Assembly (NCBI GenBank): GCA_963740315.1
Contig: CAVUDP010000001.1
Location: forward strand, 896,001-960,000
Reading direction: 5' to 3'
DNA length: 64,000 nucleotides
DNA from: an uncultured cyanobacterium
Lineage (GTDB): Bacteria; Cyanobacteriota; Cyanobacteriia; Cyanobacteriales; Nostocaceae
This document shows positions 8,730-18,558 of this stretch, piece after piece. How positions within the stretch are numbered: the first letter of the stretch is position 1; each line of letters opens with the position of its first letter. A program made the position numbers and the translations under genes. The notes beneath the pieces are model-generated. The model saw nothing but the letters and a program-made list of their open reading frames with translations, was not told where the DNA came from and did not search any database.

Positions 8730-9542
8730 TCAATCTTCCCCTACCATCAGCGGAAATCTTTCACCAGCAAGATAAGCATCAAAGTTTTTTTCAAAGTATA
8801 GCCAAGAAGTCATATCTTCCCCTTCTTTAAAAGACTTTGGGGCATTTTTATAAAGAGGTACGCGATCGCTTATTTCATCTTGCAGCAGTTGCGGTAATTC
8901 CGACAAACCTTTTACTTTACTACCATAAGCACTATAAATAAGTTGTCCGGGATTGTTACCCATTTTCATCCAGGGAACCCACTGTCCGATTCTATCCCAA
9001 CTAAGTTTTAATTGTGTTACTGAAGCTAATTCAGGGTTTAATAAATCTGCGGTGGGAACCGATAGTTTAAATAATTCCGCTGCTTGATAAGTTTCTTGGG
9101 GACTGTATTCGGCGAATTTAGGATTGGATGCTAAAGGATTGGGGTAAGTAGGAAATATATCAAATACAAAAGTTGTCGTATCGCCTTCTAATTGAGCGGG
9201 AAACTTACCTTTAAAATAGCCTTGTACGGGATTGTTAGCAACGTGCATTACTGTTACCGTTTCTCCCGTAAAAGGATTCTCCCATTTATGCAATATTTCT
9301 TCTGTTTCTGGGTTGAGATAGTAAGTTAATTCCCTAGATGTAAAATCCCAACTTCCTTCTTCGTGCAAAACACATCTACTAACACTTACCCCCAGCATTT
9401 TGAATAACAGTTTACGCTTTTCACCAGGAACAAAACCATAAATTTTACCAGCCCAAGTCAAAAAAGTTGACTCAGAAGAATCGAGAGAAGAACGAGTTTT
9501 TACCCAATGTTGGGCTTCATATTCCTTTGTTTGAGCAACCAT
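8730..9542 (-). CDS. DUF1838-family protein
   Basis: WAGKIYGFVPGE, SRELTYYLNPETEEIL..WENPFTGETVTVMHVANNPV, WVPWMKMG. Confidence 0.75.
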   Translation of the reverse strand: MVAQTKEYEAQHWVKTRSSLDSSESTFLTWAGKIYGFVPGEKRKLLFKMLGVSVSRCVLHEEGSWDFTSRELTYYLNPETEEILHKWENPFTGETVTVMHVANNPVQGYFKGKFPAQLEGDTTTFVFDIFPTYPNPLASNPKFAEYSPQETYQAAELFKLSVPTADLLNPELASVTQLKLSWDRIGQWVPWMKMGNNPGQLIYSAYGSKVKGLSELPQLLQDEISDRVPLYKNAPKSFKEGEDMTSWLYFEKNFDAYLAGERFPLMVGED

Positions 9543-9668
9543 TGCAGTTATAAATTATCAATTATCAATTATCAATTTATACTAACTCTGAGAATCCGCT
9601 TTGATAAATTAAATTCCTAGTTGAGATAGGGTTGGCGGAAATAGGGAATAGAAAATATAGTGATTTCT

Positions 9669-9965
9669 GTAATGCGAGCATCTTGCTCGCTAGCAGTCAG
9701 GTTTACGTAATGCGAGCATCTAGCGAGCTATAAGTCACGAGCGAGCTAGAAGCTCGCACTACGAATGTGTTATCCTGCATAATTAATGTGGCTCCGTACT
9801 AGTAGTCCTTTTCATTTATTTTGATGGCTAAAAAGGTTCGTAGTAAGCGCTTAAGCGCCTCCGGATTTAGGGAACCAATGCCCTTACTACAAATCTGGAT
9901 TTAGGGCTTAAGCCCTTACTACAAACCTATCAAATCACTAGGGAGCAAGATAGCGGACACTACCA
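9669..9965. repeat. Cluster of REP-like palindromes and a CTAG-bounded element
   Basis: GCGAGCATCTTGCTCGC units, TACTAGTA at about 9798, GTAGTAAG...CTTACTAC units. Confidence 0.75.
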
Positions 9966-9991
9966 ACCATCTGTTTTCTATTGGCAACTGC

Positions 9992-12238
9992 TCAATGATT
10001 CAAATCTTCCAAGGCTTCCACAGCCGATTTATATCTTTCCGAAGCATCATAGCGCACCATTTTATCTATAATTGCGGCAAGTTTATCGCTAACTTGCGCC
10101 CATTCGCGCCATTCTAAGTTTCCCGTATCCGGATTTGGCTGCAATTCCTGGGGAAGTAATCCGGTTATTGCTTGGATTGCGATCGCACCTAATGCGTAAA
10201 TATCGCTGCTGAGTCGGGGATGCCCCGCAAATTGTTCTGGTGGTGTATAACCCCGCGTACCAATGGCTACGGTAGCTAGTTCGGTTTGTTCTTTTGATTG
10301 CGGCTGCATTAATTTTACGGCACCAAAATCAATTAGCACCAGACGATTATCTTGATTGCATCTAATAATATTTGCGGGTTTAATATCGCGATGAATTACT
10401 TGGCGTTGATGAATAAATGTCAGAACTTCTAACAGTTCTTTGAGCATATCGATCGCATAAGATTCACTTTTTATATCCTGATGAGGTGGTAATTCTTTAG
10501 TTAAAGGATGTCCGGGAATAAATTGCTGTACTAAATAAAATTCTTGTTGTTCTTCAAAAAATGCGTATAATTCTGGTATTTGATTGTGTTGTCCTAAAAG
10601 TTCGAGAATTTCTGCTTCTGAGTCGAACAATCTTCTGGCAACTTGTAAAAATCTCGGATCTCTTCTAGCTGGCATTAATTGTTTTACCACACAAGTTGGT
10701 AAACCGGGGCGTTGCATATCTTTAGCCAAATAAGTGCAGCCAAAACCACCTTGAGCGAGAACTCTAGTTACTTTATAACGATTGCTAAGTAAGCAACTTG
10801 ACGGCGTAGAAACAGCAGCTAAAGGTTGTATTCGAGGTGCATCTTGAATACCCGTATCCTTTAAAAGTGTATTTAATTGTTCGATCGCTTCTTTCTGCTT
10901 TTCAACTTGTAAAACAATAATGTTCGTTTGTAATTGCGTTTGATAGCTCGTATAACCCAATACGCCCATAGCAGTAATAACTAATGCCAGGGCGGGAGGT
11001 ACTACAGGAACCCAACCAGCTTGTAAAATTATTAAGTAACAAATTCCCACTAAGCCAGCTACAGTTATACTAGATACTATTAATAAAAATACAGGTCTTC
11101 GCACTTTCCACGCTAAAACACCACCAAATAAAGACCAAACCCATATCCAGGCAAATTCCAGCCATTCGGGAAAGTACCAGATCGAAGGTCTTCCATCTAA
11201 CACTGAACTTATCATTTGGCTTGTTATTTGTGCGTGAATAAATACGCGAGGAATTGCTGACGGTTCTCTGAAAGTACTGTAAGGAGTACGCAATCCAGGA
11301 TCTTCACTGCGATCGCTAATACCAATAATTACCAAACGGTCTTTAATTAATTTAGGATTTACTTTATCTGTTAAAACCTGCGTTAAAGTAACAGTTGGAG
11401 CAACATTAAGATGATTGCGGTAGTTAATCAGAATTTGAGAACCACCATTATCAATATTTATGTAGCCACTAGAATTTTTTTGCAAGCGAGGGAAAAGTAC
11501 TTTACCTATATAAAAAACGTTATCTTTATCTTTATCTTTAATAAAACCAGGATCGAATTTTTCTAAATAATCCATTGCTAAAGTACTGGCAAAAGAGTAA
11601 CCTGTATTGCAACTACTATTTGGAAAAGGTGGAACTAAAAGTAAACCCCGGCGAACAACATTATCAATCTTATTATCGGGAATTAAATCGCTAAAACCTA
11701 TATTAGAACCGTTAGAAAAGTTGGGCGGTGGTGGTATTTCCGGTTGATAATCAGTCTTGAATACACAAGCAGCAATAATCTTTTCTTTCTTTATACCTGC
11801 GGCTAAATTAGTTTGTTGCGGACGTTTAATATTTAAACCAATAACACGCGGTTGATAAGACTTAAGCTTTTTTAATAGTTGATTAATAGTTTCATCGGGG
11901 AGTGGATTACCGTAGTTTTGCAAATCTTTTTGAGTTACAGTTACCAATAAAATCCGCTTATCGGGTGGTTCTGAAGGACGCAAAAGCATCATTTGATCGT
12001 AAGCACGTAACTCCCAGCGCTGCAACCATCCTAATTGCCGCACGCCTAACCCGAAAACAGTAATGCTTAAACTAGTAACAAAAATTGTTCGCCACCAGCT
12101 TGTAGAAGTCGAATCTTGAACAGAAATATTGCGATCGCTATCCGCGACTGGGGTAAGTTGATTGTCATGCCTTACCAACATACCCGGTTTATGATTTAAA
12201 AACGCAATACGGAAATTATCTAAAAGTCTCCTAATCAC
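9992..12238 (-). CDS. CHASE2-domain Ser/Thr protein kinase
   Basis: CHASE2 (ELRAYDQMMLLRP..D.RILLV), three TM helices, kinase motifs GGFGCTY, HRDIKPAN, DFG. Confidence 0.93.
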   Translation of the reverse strand: MIRRLLDNFRIAFLNHKPGMLVRHDNQLTPVADSDRNISVQDSTSTSWWRTIFVTSLSITVFGLGVRQLGWLQRWELRAYDQMMLLRPSEPPDKRILLVTVTQKDLQNYGNPLPDETINQLLKKLKSYQPRVIGLNIKRPQQTNLAAGIKKEKIIAACVFKTDYQPEIPPPPNFSNGSNIGFSDLIPDNKIDNVVRRGLLLVPPFPNSSCNTGYSFASTLAMDYLEKFDPGFIKDKDKDNVFYIGKVLFPRLQKNSSGYINIDNGGSQILINYRNHLNVAPTVTLTQVLTDKVNPKLIKDRLVIIGISDRSEDPGLRTPYSTFREPSAIPRVFIHAQITSQMISSVLDGRPSIWYFPEWLEFAWIWVWSLFGGVLAWKVRRPVFLLIVSSITVAGLVGICYLIILQAGWVPVVPPALALVITAMGVLGYTSYQTQLQTNIIVLQVEKQKEAIEQLNTLLKDTGIQDAPRIQPLAAVSTPSSCLLSNRYKVTRVLAQGGFGCTYLAKDMQRPGLPTCVVKQLMPARRDPRFLQVARRLFDSEAEILELLGQHNQIPELYAFFEEQQEFYLVQQFIPGHPLTKELPPHQDIKSESYAIDMLKELLEVLTFIHQRQVIHRDIKPANIIRCNQDNRLVLIDFGAVKLMQPQSKEQTELATVAIGTRGYTPPEQFAGHPRLSSDIYALGAIAIQAITGLLPQELQPNPDTGNLEWREWAQVSDKLAAIIDKMVRYDASERYKSAVEALEDLNH

Positions 12239-12352
12239 GGTACGGTTACAATAGCCTGAATTGGTAGATGTATATTTAAATATAGTTGAGGATGGGAAAT
12301 CAAGGAAAATATTCAGTTATAAGTTATACAATTTTACAAAAATTTTGAAGGT

Positions 12353-12592
12353 AGGGAGAGAGGGGGAGAGGGGGAGAGGGGGAAGAGGGGGAGATGGGGA
12401 GATGGGGAGATGGGGAGATGGGGAGTACTTCGACAAGCTCAGTAACCTTTGGGGAGATGGGGAGATGAGGAGACAAGGGGACAAGGGGACAAGGGGACAA
12501 GGGGACAAGGAGAAAGTATTAACTGCTAATTCCTAATTCCTAATTCCTAATTCCTAACTCATAACTTCTCACTCATAACTTCTCACTCCTAA
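12353..12592. repeat. Composite STRR tract with the short (26-bp) form of the TCGACAAGCTCAG element
   Basis: GGGGAGAT, GGGGACAA and TAATTCC runs; element at 12425-12450. Confidence 0.9.
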
Positions 12593-12633
12593 CACGAAAA
12601 AATACATCCGTTTCTAAAATCTAATATTAATAA

Positions 12634-13548
12634 ATGCATCAAATTTCCGGACGCTGGCGTTTAGGGCTAGCATTGTCTTTGCTGACGGTTATGTTGTGGG
12701 GTGTTTTACCGATCGCCTTGTCGATAACGCTACAGCGATTGGATGTCTATACCTTAACTTGGTTTCGCTTTCTGGTATCTTTTTGTTTACTCGCTTGCTA
12801 TCTGAAGTGGCGCGGGAGTTTACCAACTGTTTCACAATTGCGTTCTACTAGATGGGCGCTGGTAGCCATTGCAACTATCTTTCTGGCGATGAACTATATT
12901 TTATTTGTCAAAGGTTTGGCTATTACTACCCCTGCAAACGCTCAAGTCCTGATTCAGTTAGCGCCTTTACTAATGGGCTTTGGAGGTTTAGCCATTTTTA
13001 AAGAACGCTATAACTTGTTTCAGTGGATTGGCATAAGTATTATTACTATCGGCTTTGTTTTATTTTTTAACGAACAATTATCTAATTTAATTACCGCACA
13101 AACAACCTATCTACTTGGTAGTGGTTTAATTGTACTAGCTGCGATTACTTGGTCTATTTATGCTTTAGCTCAAAAACAGCTTTTGCAAAGTTTATCTTCC
13201 GCTCATATTATGCTAATTATTTACGGAGGATGTGCTTTAATATTCACATTCTTTGCTAGTCCTGAAACAATTTTTACACTGAATTATTTACAAAGTATAA
13301 TGTTAATCTTTTGTGCTTTAAATACTTTAATTGCCTATGGTGCTTTTGCTGAAGCATTAGCACATTGGGAAGCATCGCGAGTTAGTGCTGTATTAGCTTT
13401 GACTCCTCTTGTAACATTATTATCATCGTGGCTTGTATCAGAAATATCACCAAATTTGATTGCTGCCGAACATTTTAGTTTGCTAGGAATAATCGGAGCT
13501 ATCTCAGTTGTATGTGGTTCTACGGCTATTGCATTAGGAAAAAGATAA
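12634..13548 (+). CDS. EamA/DMT family transporter
   Basis: About 10 TM helices in two EamA repeats. Confidence 0.9.
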   Translation: MHQISGRWRLGLALSLLTVMLWGVLPIALSITLQRLDVYTLTWFRFLVSFCLLACYLKWRGSLPTVSQLRSTRWALVAIATIFLAMNYILFVKGLAITTPANAQVLIQLAPLLMGFGGLAIFKERYNLFQWIGISIITIGFVLFFNEQLSNLITAQTTYLLGSGLIVLAAITWSIYALAQKQLLQSLSSAHIMLIIYGGCALIFTFFASPETIFTLNYLQSIMLIFCALNTLIAYGAFAEALAHWEASRVSAVLALTPLVTLLSSWLVSEISPNLIAAEHFSLLGIIGAISVVCGSTAIALGKR

Positions 13549-13875
13549 TAAGTTTCGATTTTATCCCGTGTTTTTACTGGTAGTTAAAATCAAGTTTATC
13601 ATTGCTTAAAAGTTTAATTTTATCTACTGAAGCAGATGTTGTTTTTATCTGCTATCATGTCATGGTGAACATCAAAAAATCATTTCAATTTATTTATTTG
13701 TAAGTAATTTGACTTACCTATAAATACGGTTGAAATGTAAAAGAGCATTCTACCTATCTACCTTGCTTCATTAAATCAATACATTATTAGTACGGTAACT
13801 AATATTTAATACAACCCAGGGTGTCTGAGCTACCAAATCTGCCGACGTTAAAGCACATTTTTTTGGCACTATCGA

Positions 13876-15558
13876 GTGATGAACAGCTTGTTTGGTAAAT
13901 GGACTGGCAACCTGAGAAAATCTTGGTTGTTGCTGGTTCTATCTGTACTTATATCTGTTTTTGGTATCAGTAATTATGCTCAGACTGCGGAAAGAATTTA
14001 TGCAACTTATTCAGCATTACAACGTTCTATTTCTATAACTGCTTTGTCCAAGTTCGCCGAAAGTGGCGAAGTTAGCGAAGATTTAGCGGTGTATGCACAG
14101 TATTTAAAACCGGAACAAATAGCAGAGCTAAGGCGAATTTTAACAACTCAGATAAAAGTACATCCCGTAGCGGTTTCGCAGTTTCTCTACACCTCACAAG
14201 GTGAATTTATGCTGCATCGGTTGGGGGAAGTAATTAAAACCGATAAGAGCGAAAGTAAGCCCACGTTTCATGCTTTGCGATCGGCTTTAATTTTAGCTGC
14301 CGATGAACCCGGAGGTTTAACTTTATTAAATATATTGCGGAAATATCCTAACTCCAGCATTCATATTGATTTAGCGCAAACTTTGAAAATTTCAGCCCAA
14401 TTACAAGCGCTGGTAAACGAAACAAATAAGGCTGTCGCGGCAGTTTCTGCTAAGTCTGATACGGAAGCTGCAATTCAAACAGTTAATATTAATAATTTGC
14501 CTACACTTAACCGTAGAGGAAAGTTTGTTGCGAGCAAGCAAACCCTAAAGTTTTTCGACGTTATCCGGGGAAGATTGCTAACAACTGACGTTTATCTTCC
14601 GAAAATTAGCTCTCCCGTACCCGTTATTGTAATTTCTCACGGTATAGGTACGGATAGCAGCAACTTTAGATATTTAGCCACTCGATTAGCAACAAATGGA
14701 TTCGCTGTGGTTGTTCCCAACCATCCTGGTAGCGACACCAAACAAATAAAAGCCTTATTGAATGGAAGCGCCTCACAAGTCGCACAGCCTGAAGAATTTA
14801 TTAATCGTCCCTTGGATGTTAAATTTGTCCTGGATGAATTAGAGAAGCTCAATAATACCGATCCCCGCTTTCAGAAACGTCTGGATTTACAGCAAGTAGG
14901 TGTATTTGGACAGTCTTTCGGTGGCTATACAGCTTTAGCTTTAGCGGGTGCAAAAATTAACTTGCAGAAAGTAGACAGAGACTGCAACCAAGATGCTTTA
15001 AAACAAACTTGGAATATGTCTTTATTACTGCAATGTCAAGTACGGGAATTGCATATAAACAAATCAAAAGAATATAACTTTTACGACTCTAGAGTTAAAG
15101 CTGCGATCGCAGTCAATCCGATCGCTAGCAGCATCTTTGGGAAAACTGGCTTAAGTGAAATTAAAACTCCAGTAATGATGGTAACAAGCAGCGAAGATAC
15201 GGTTGCACCGGCTTTATACGAACAAATTCTGCCTTTTTCCTGGATTCCAAATCCGCAAAAGTATTTAGTGCAGCTTGAAGGTGCAACTCACTTTTCTGCT
15301 ATTGGCGATGGAAAAGGTAGTTCCGAACAAGTTGGATTACCCTCAAAATTGATTGGAGACAATCCAAAACAGGCACAGACTTACATCAAGATTTTGAGTT
15401 TACCTTTCTTCCAAACCTATGTATCGGGGAACTCCCAATATCGTCCCTATCTCACCGCAGCTTACGCAGAAAGCATTTCTACAAAGTCCATGAATTTGAG
15501 TCTGATTAAGAACTTAACCACTACCGAAATTGCAAAGGCAGTGAACGGTGAGCAGTGA
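13876..15558 (+). CDS. DUF1400-containing alpha/beta hydrolase
   Basis: N-terminal AERIYATYS..RSISI..L..FA; SHG; GQSFGG nucleophile elbow; THFS. Confidence 0.88.
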   Translation: MMNSLFGKWTGNLRKSWLLLVLSVLISVFGISNYAQTAERIYATYSALQRSISITALSKFAESGEVSEDLAVYAQYLKPEQIAELRRILTTQIKVHPVAVSQFLYTSQGEFMLHRLGEVIKTDKSESKPTFHALRSALILAADEPGGLTLLNILRKYPNSSIHIDLAQTLKISAQLQALVNETNKAVAAVSAKSDTEAAIQTVNINNLPTLNRRGKFVASKQTLKFFDVIRGRLLTTDVYLPKISSPVPVIVISHGIGTDSSNFRYLATRLATNGFAVVVPNHPGSDTKQIKALLNGSASQVAQPEEFINRPLDVKFVLDELEKLNNTDPRFQKRLDLQQVGVFGQSFGGYTALALAGAKINLQKVDRDCNQDALKQTWNMSLLLQCQVRELHINKSKEYNFYDSRVKAAIAVNPIASSIFGKTGLSEIKTPVMMVTSSEDTVAPALYEQILPFSWIPNPQKYLVQLEGATHFSAIGDGKGSSEQVGLPSKLIGDNPKQAQTYIKILSLPFFQTYVSGNSQYRPYLTAAYAESISTKSMNLSLIKNLTTTEIAKAVNGEQ

Positions 15559-15580
15559 GCAGTTAACAGTTAGCAGTTAG

Positions 15581-17088
15581 CAGTGGTTCTTAAGGGCTGT
15601 TATACGAGATTTTCGAGACTAATTTGGGGGACGGAAACCGACACCCCCCAACTAGACTCACTACCGCAAAGTGAGCTAAATTCGGCGCATCATTATAAAG
15701 AAATGGGATTTTAAAATTTCACTGTAAATATAGTCAGATATAGACAAATATACTCCCATAGAAATATTTTTGACTAATTCACAGGCAATGGTATGATTAA
15801 AAATATCAGTACAATAGTATTGCTTAAAATTATGCATCTGGTTGAAAAGCACGTAATTAATCGAAATCACCTCTATTTCAAAGAAATAGATAATTTGTGT
15901 TTTTTAGCAAAGAATCTGTATAACGCAGCCAACTATGTAATCAGGCAAAGCTTTATTTTTGAGAAAAAATATCTATCATATAATGCCGTTCAAAAACTGA
16001 TGACAAGCAGTACCGATTATAAAGCCTTACCTGCAAAAGTATCACAACAGATTCTGATGCGCTTGCATGAAGCATGGCAGGGCTTTTTTGCAACGATAGC
16101 TTGTTATAAAGAAAATCCCCAAAAATTCTTTACAAAACCACGAATACCAAAATATTTGCATAAAACGGAGGGTCGTTTTCCATCTATTTACACAACTCAG
16201 GCAATAAGTAAAAAATATCTCAAATATTCGCAAATTAATCCATCTAAAACAAAAATATTCATTAATACAAATGTATCTCAAATACGTCAAGTAAGATTAG
16301 TTCCTAAAGCCGGTTATTATGTATTTGAAGTGGTTTACGAACGAGTTGAAATCACTGATAGTTCTAATAGTGATAATATTGCCGGAATTGATATTGGCTT
16401 GAATAACTTAGCGGCTGTAACAGCGAACAGTGCCATGTTTCAACCAATACTTGTAAATGGTAAACCATTAAAAAAAATAAATGCTTTTTACCACAAAAAA
16501 CGTAGTAACTTACAATCTCGATTACCAAACAAACAAAAAACATCTTTAAAAATTAAAGACTTGAATCGGAAGAGAAATTTTAAGATTGATGATTATCTTC
16601 ATAAAGCAAGTCGTTTAGTAATTGATTACTTGGCAGCAAACCGAATCGGGACACTAGTAATCGGTCATAACAAAAAATGGAAACAATCAATCAATCTTGG
16701 CAAACGTACCAATCAGAATTTTGTATCAATACCGTTTTCCCGATTTATTTTAATGCTTAAATATAAAGCAGAATTAATTGGGATAAAAGTAATGATTACA
16801 GAGGAAAGCTATACTTCCAAATGCTCGTTTGTTGATGATGAAACTTTGTGTAAGCAATCAACTTAACTTATAGAGGTAAAAGAGTTAAACGTGGATTATT
16901 TCGTAGTCAGTCCGGGATGTTAATAAATGCTGACTGTAATGGTAGCGGCAATATTATCAGAAAAGTAGTCCCCAATGCTTTTGTTGAGGGGATACAGGGG
17001 GTTGTAGTTCCTCCGGTGAGAATTACTCCTCACTTCTAGGAGTTTTATTGTCGATGTTATATTTGACTATAAAATTTACAACTATTAG
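15581..17088 (+). mobile_element. Non-autonomous TnpB-only element, IS607-type (ends ambiguous by a few nt)
   Basis: Interrupts a (CAGTTAG)n run, which removal restores; TTAGCAGT on both sides (15577-15584, 17085-17092); no tnpA; 10-bp-spaced ATATAGTCA-like motifs at 15728-15756, inverted at about 17049-17071. Confidence 0.75.
15832..17039 (+). pseudogene. tnpB: RNA-guided endonuclease TnpB, frameshifted
   Basis: MHLVEKHVI start, RuvC-I GIDIG, EESYTSKC; ACTTA duplication at 16861-16870 gives a stop; the shifted frame continues YRGKRVKRGLFRS..LINADCNGSGNIIRK..RITPHF*. Confidence 0.92.
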
Positions 17089-17105
17089 CAGTTATTATTT
17101 AAAAG
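16960..17105 (+). ncRNA. Putative omega-RNA (reRNA) scaffold plus guide
   Basis: Expected position overlapping the tnpB 3' end; GGTTGTAG (17000-17007) can pair with TTACAACT (17076-17083); boundaries approximate. Confidence 0.5.
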
Positions 17106-17154
17106 AAGTGAATACTGTTCACTGCTAACTGCTCACTGTTAACTGTTAACTGAT

Positions 17155-18030
17155 TTGTTTGGTTTTTTAAATCTCGATAAACCTTTTGATTGGACTTCTC
17201 ACGATTGCGTAGCGAAAACGCGCAAACTCTTGCGTATCAAACGCATCGGACATGCGGGAACTTTAGATCCAACTGCTACGGGTGTTTTACCGATCGCCAT
17301 TGGTAAAGCAACTCGTTTGTTACAGTATCTTCCTACTGATAAAGCTTACAAGGCTACGATTCGGTTGGGGGTGCAAACTACAACTGATGATTTAGAAGGG
17401 GAAGTAATCGATCGAAAGTCTGCAACTGAATTGGATTTGGCAACCGTAAAAACGGCGCTGAAGCAGTTTACTGGTAAAATTGAGCAAATTCCTCCGAGTT
17501 ACAGCGCTATTCAAGTTGATGGCAAACGACTTTACGATTTAGCACGCAAAGGTGAGAAAGTTGAAGCACCAGTGCGGAATGTAGAAGTATTTAATATTGA
17601 TATTTTAGATTGGCGAGATGGTGAATTCCCCGAATTAGATGTAAATATAGCTTGCGGTGGGGGAACTTATATTAGGGCGATCGCTCGCGATTTGGGTGCG
17701 GTGTTAGAAACGGGTGGAACTCTCTCCGCTTTGCAGCGTACCGTAAGTAGCGGTTTTAATTTAACAGATAGCATTACTTTGACTAAGTTGGAAGCATCTT
17801 TAGAAACGGGATTTGAACCGATGGCTGCCGATGCGCCCTTACAGCATCTTCCTGAAATAACTTTAGCTGAAACAGAAGCGCGGAGATGGTGCCAGGGTCA
17901 GAAAATTTGCGTAGATAGTCAGGTATTAGAAATATCAAGGATTTATAACGAAGAAAGGCTTTTTTTAGGAATTGCTGAATTGAAAGAAAATTTATTAATT
18001 CCGCGAATGGTATTAGAAGCGGTTTCTTGA
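17155..18030 (+). CDS. truB: tRNA pseudouridine(55) synthase
   Basis: [37 protein letters not shown]. Confidence 0.97.
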   Translation: MFGFLNLDKPFDWTSHDCVAKTRKLLRIKRIGHAGTLDPTATGVLPIAIGKATRLLQYLPTDKAYKATIRLGVQTTTDDLEGEVIDRKSATELDLATVKTALKQFTGKIEQIPPSYSAIQVDGKRLYDLARKGEKVEAPVRNVEVFNIDILDWRDGEFPELDVNIACGGGTYIRAIARDLGAVLETGGTLSALQRTVSSGFNLTDSITLTKLEASLETGFEPMAADAPLQHLPEITLAETEARRWCQGQKICVDSQVLEISRIYNEERLFLGIAELKENLLIPRMVLEAVS

Positions 18031-18033
18031 AAA

Positions 18034-18254
18034 AGGTTCGTAGTAAGGGCTTTAGCCCTTCGATGCGAGGATTTTAATCGTTAGATGGGGGCGTTGCTGA
18101 GTTGAAATATGAAAATGTGATTTCACATTGAAACAGATGTAGCACAGAATAGTCTCTACACAGGTTTCATATTTAATACAAAATGTAAATAAACATAATT
18201 CATTACTCAATTCAGCAACGCCTAGATGGGGAAGTTAAAACTCTTACTACGAAC
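18034..18254. repeat. GTAGTAAGGGC-family unit interrupted by a MITE
   Basis: Matches the uninterrupted unit at 5903-5981. Confidence 0.8.
18090..18222. mobile_element. MITE (133 bp)
   Basis: TIR GGCGTTGCTGA(G/A)TTGA; 8-bp TSD TAGATGGG at 18082-18089 and 18223-18230. Confidence 0.88.
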
Positions 18255-18286
18255 TTTTATTACTCCTCAAAACGGGTGGGGACACA

Positions 18287-18541
18287 CTAGTAGTCTGTCC
18301 CCAGCCGTTTTAAAGGGTTTGTAGTAAGGGCATCGGTTCCCCAATCCGGAGGGACTGAAGTCCTTACTACGAACCTTTTTAGCCATCAGAATTAATGTGG
18401 TGGAGTACTAGTATTCCACCACATAAGTTATGAGGGGTACTTCCTCAGTCCTCTTAAGAGGACTTTCGCTATTAGACAGGGACTTGCAGTCCCTGGCGGG
18501 TTGAATGCCCACCCGGCAAAATTAATGTGGCGAACTACTAG
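18287..18541. mobile_element. Two abutting CTAG-bounded MITE-like units
   Basis: CTAG at 18287, 18408 and 18538; imperfect termini TA..C..CCACAT / ATGTGG..G..TA; internal palindromes. Confidence 0.6.
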
Positions 18542-18558
18542 GAAGCAATCACCCACTA

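Noticed and set aside
15676..15870. 64-aa minus-strand ORF as a tnpA remnant
   Set aside because: No HUH/Y1 or serine-recombinase motif; it overlaps the end repeats and the tnpB start
15577..17092. TTAGCAGT as a true 8-bp target-site duplication
   Set aside because: The target is itself a heptamer tandem repeat, so flanking identity is expected, and TnpB-family elements do not make long TSDs
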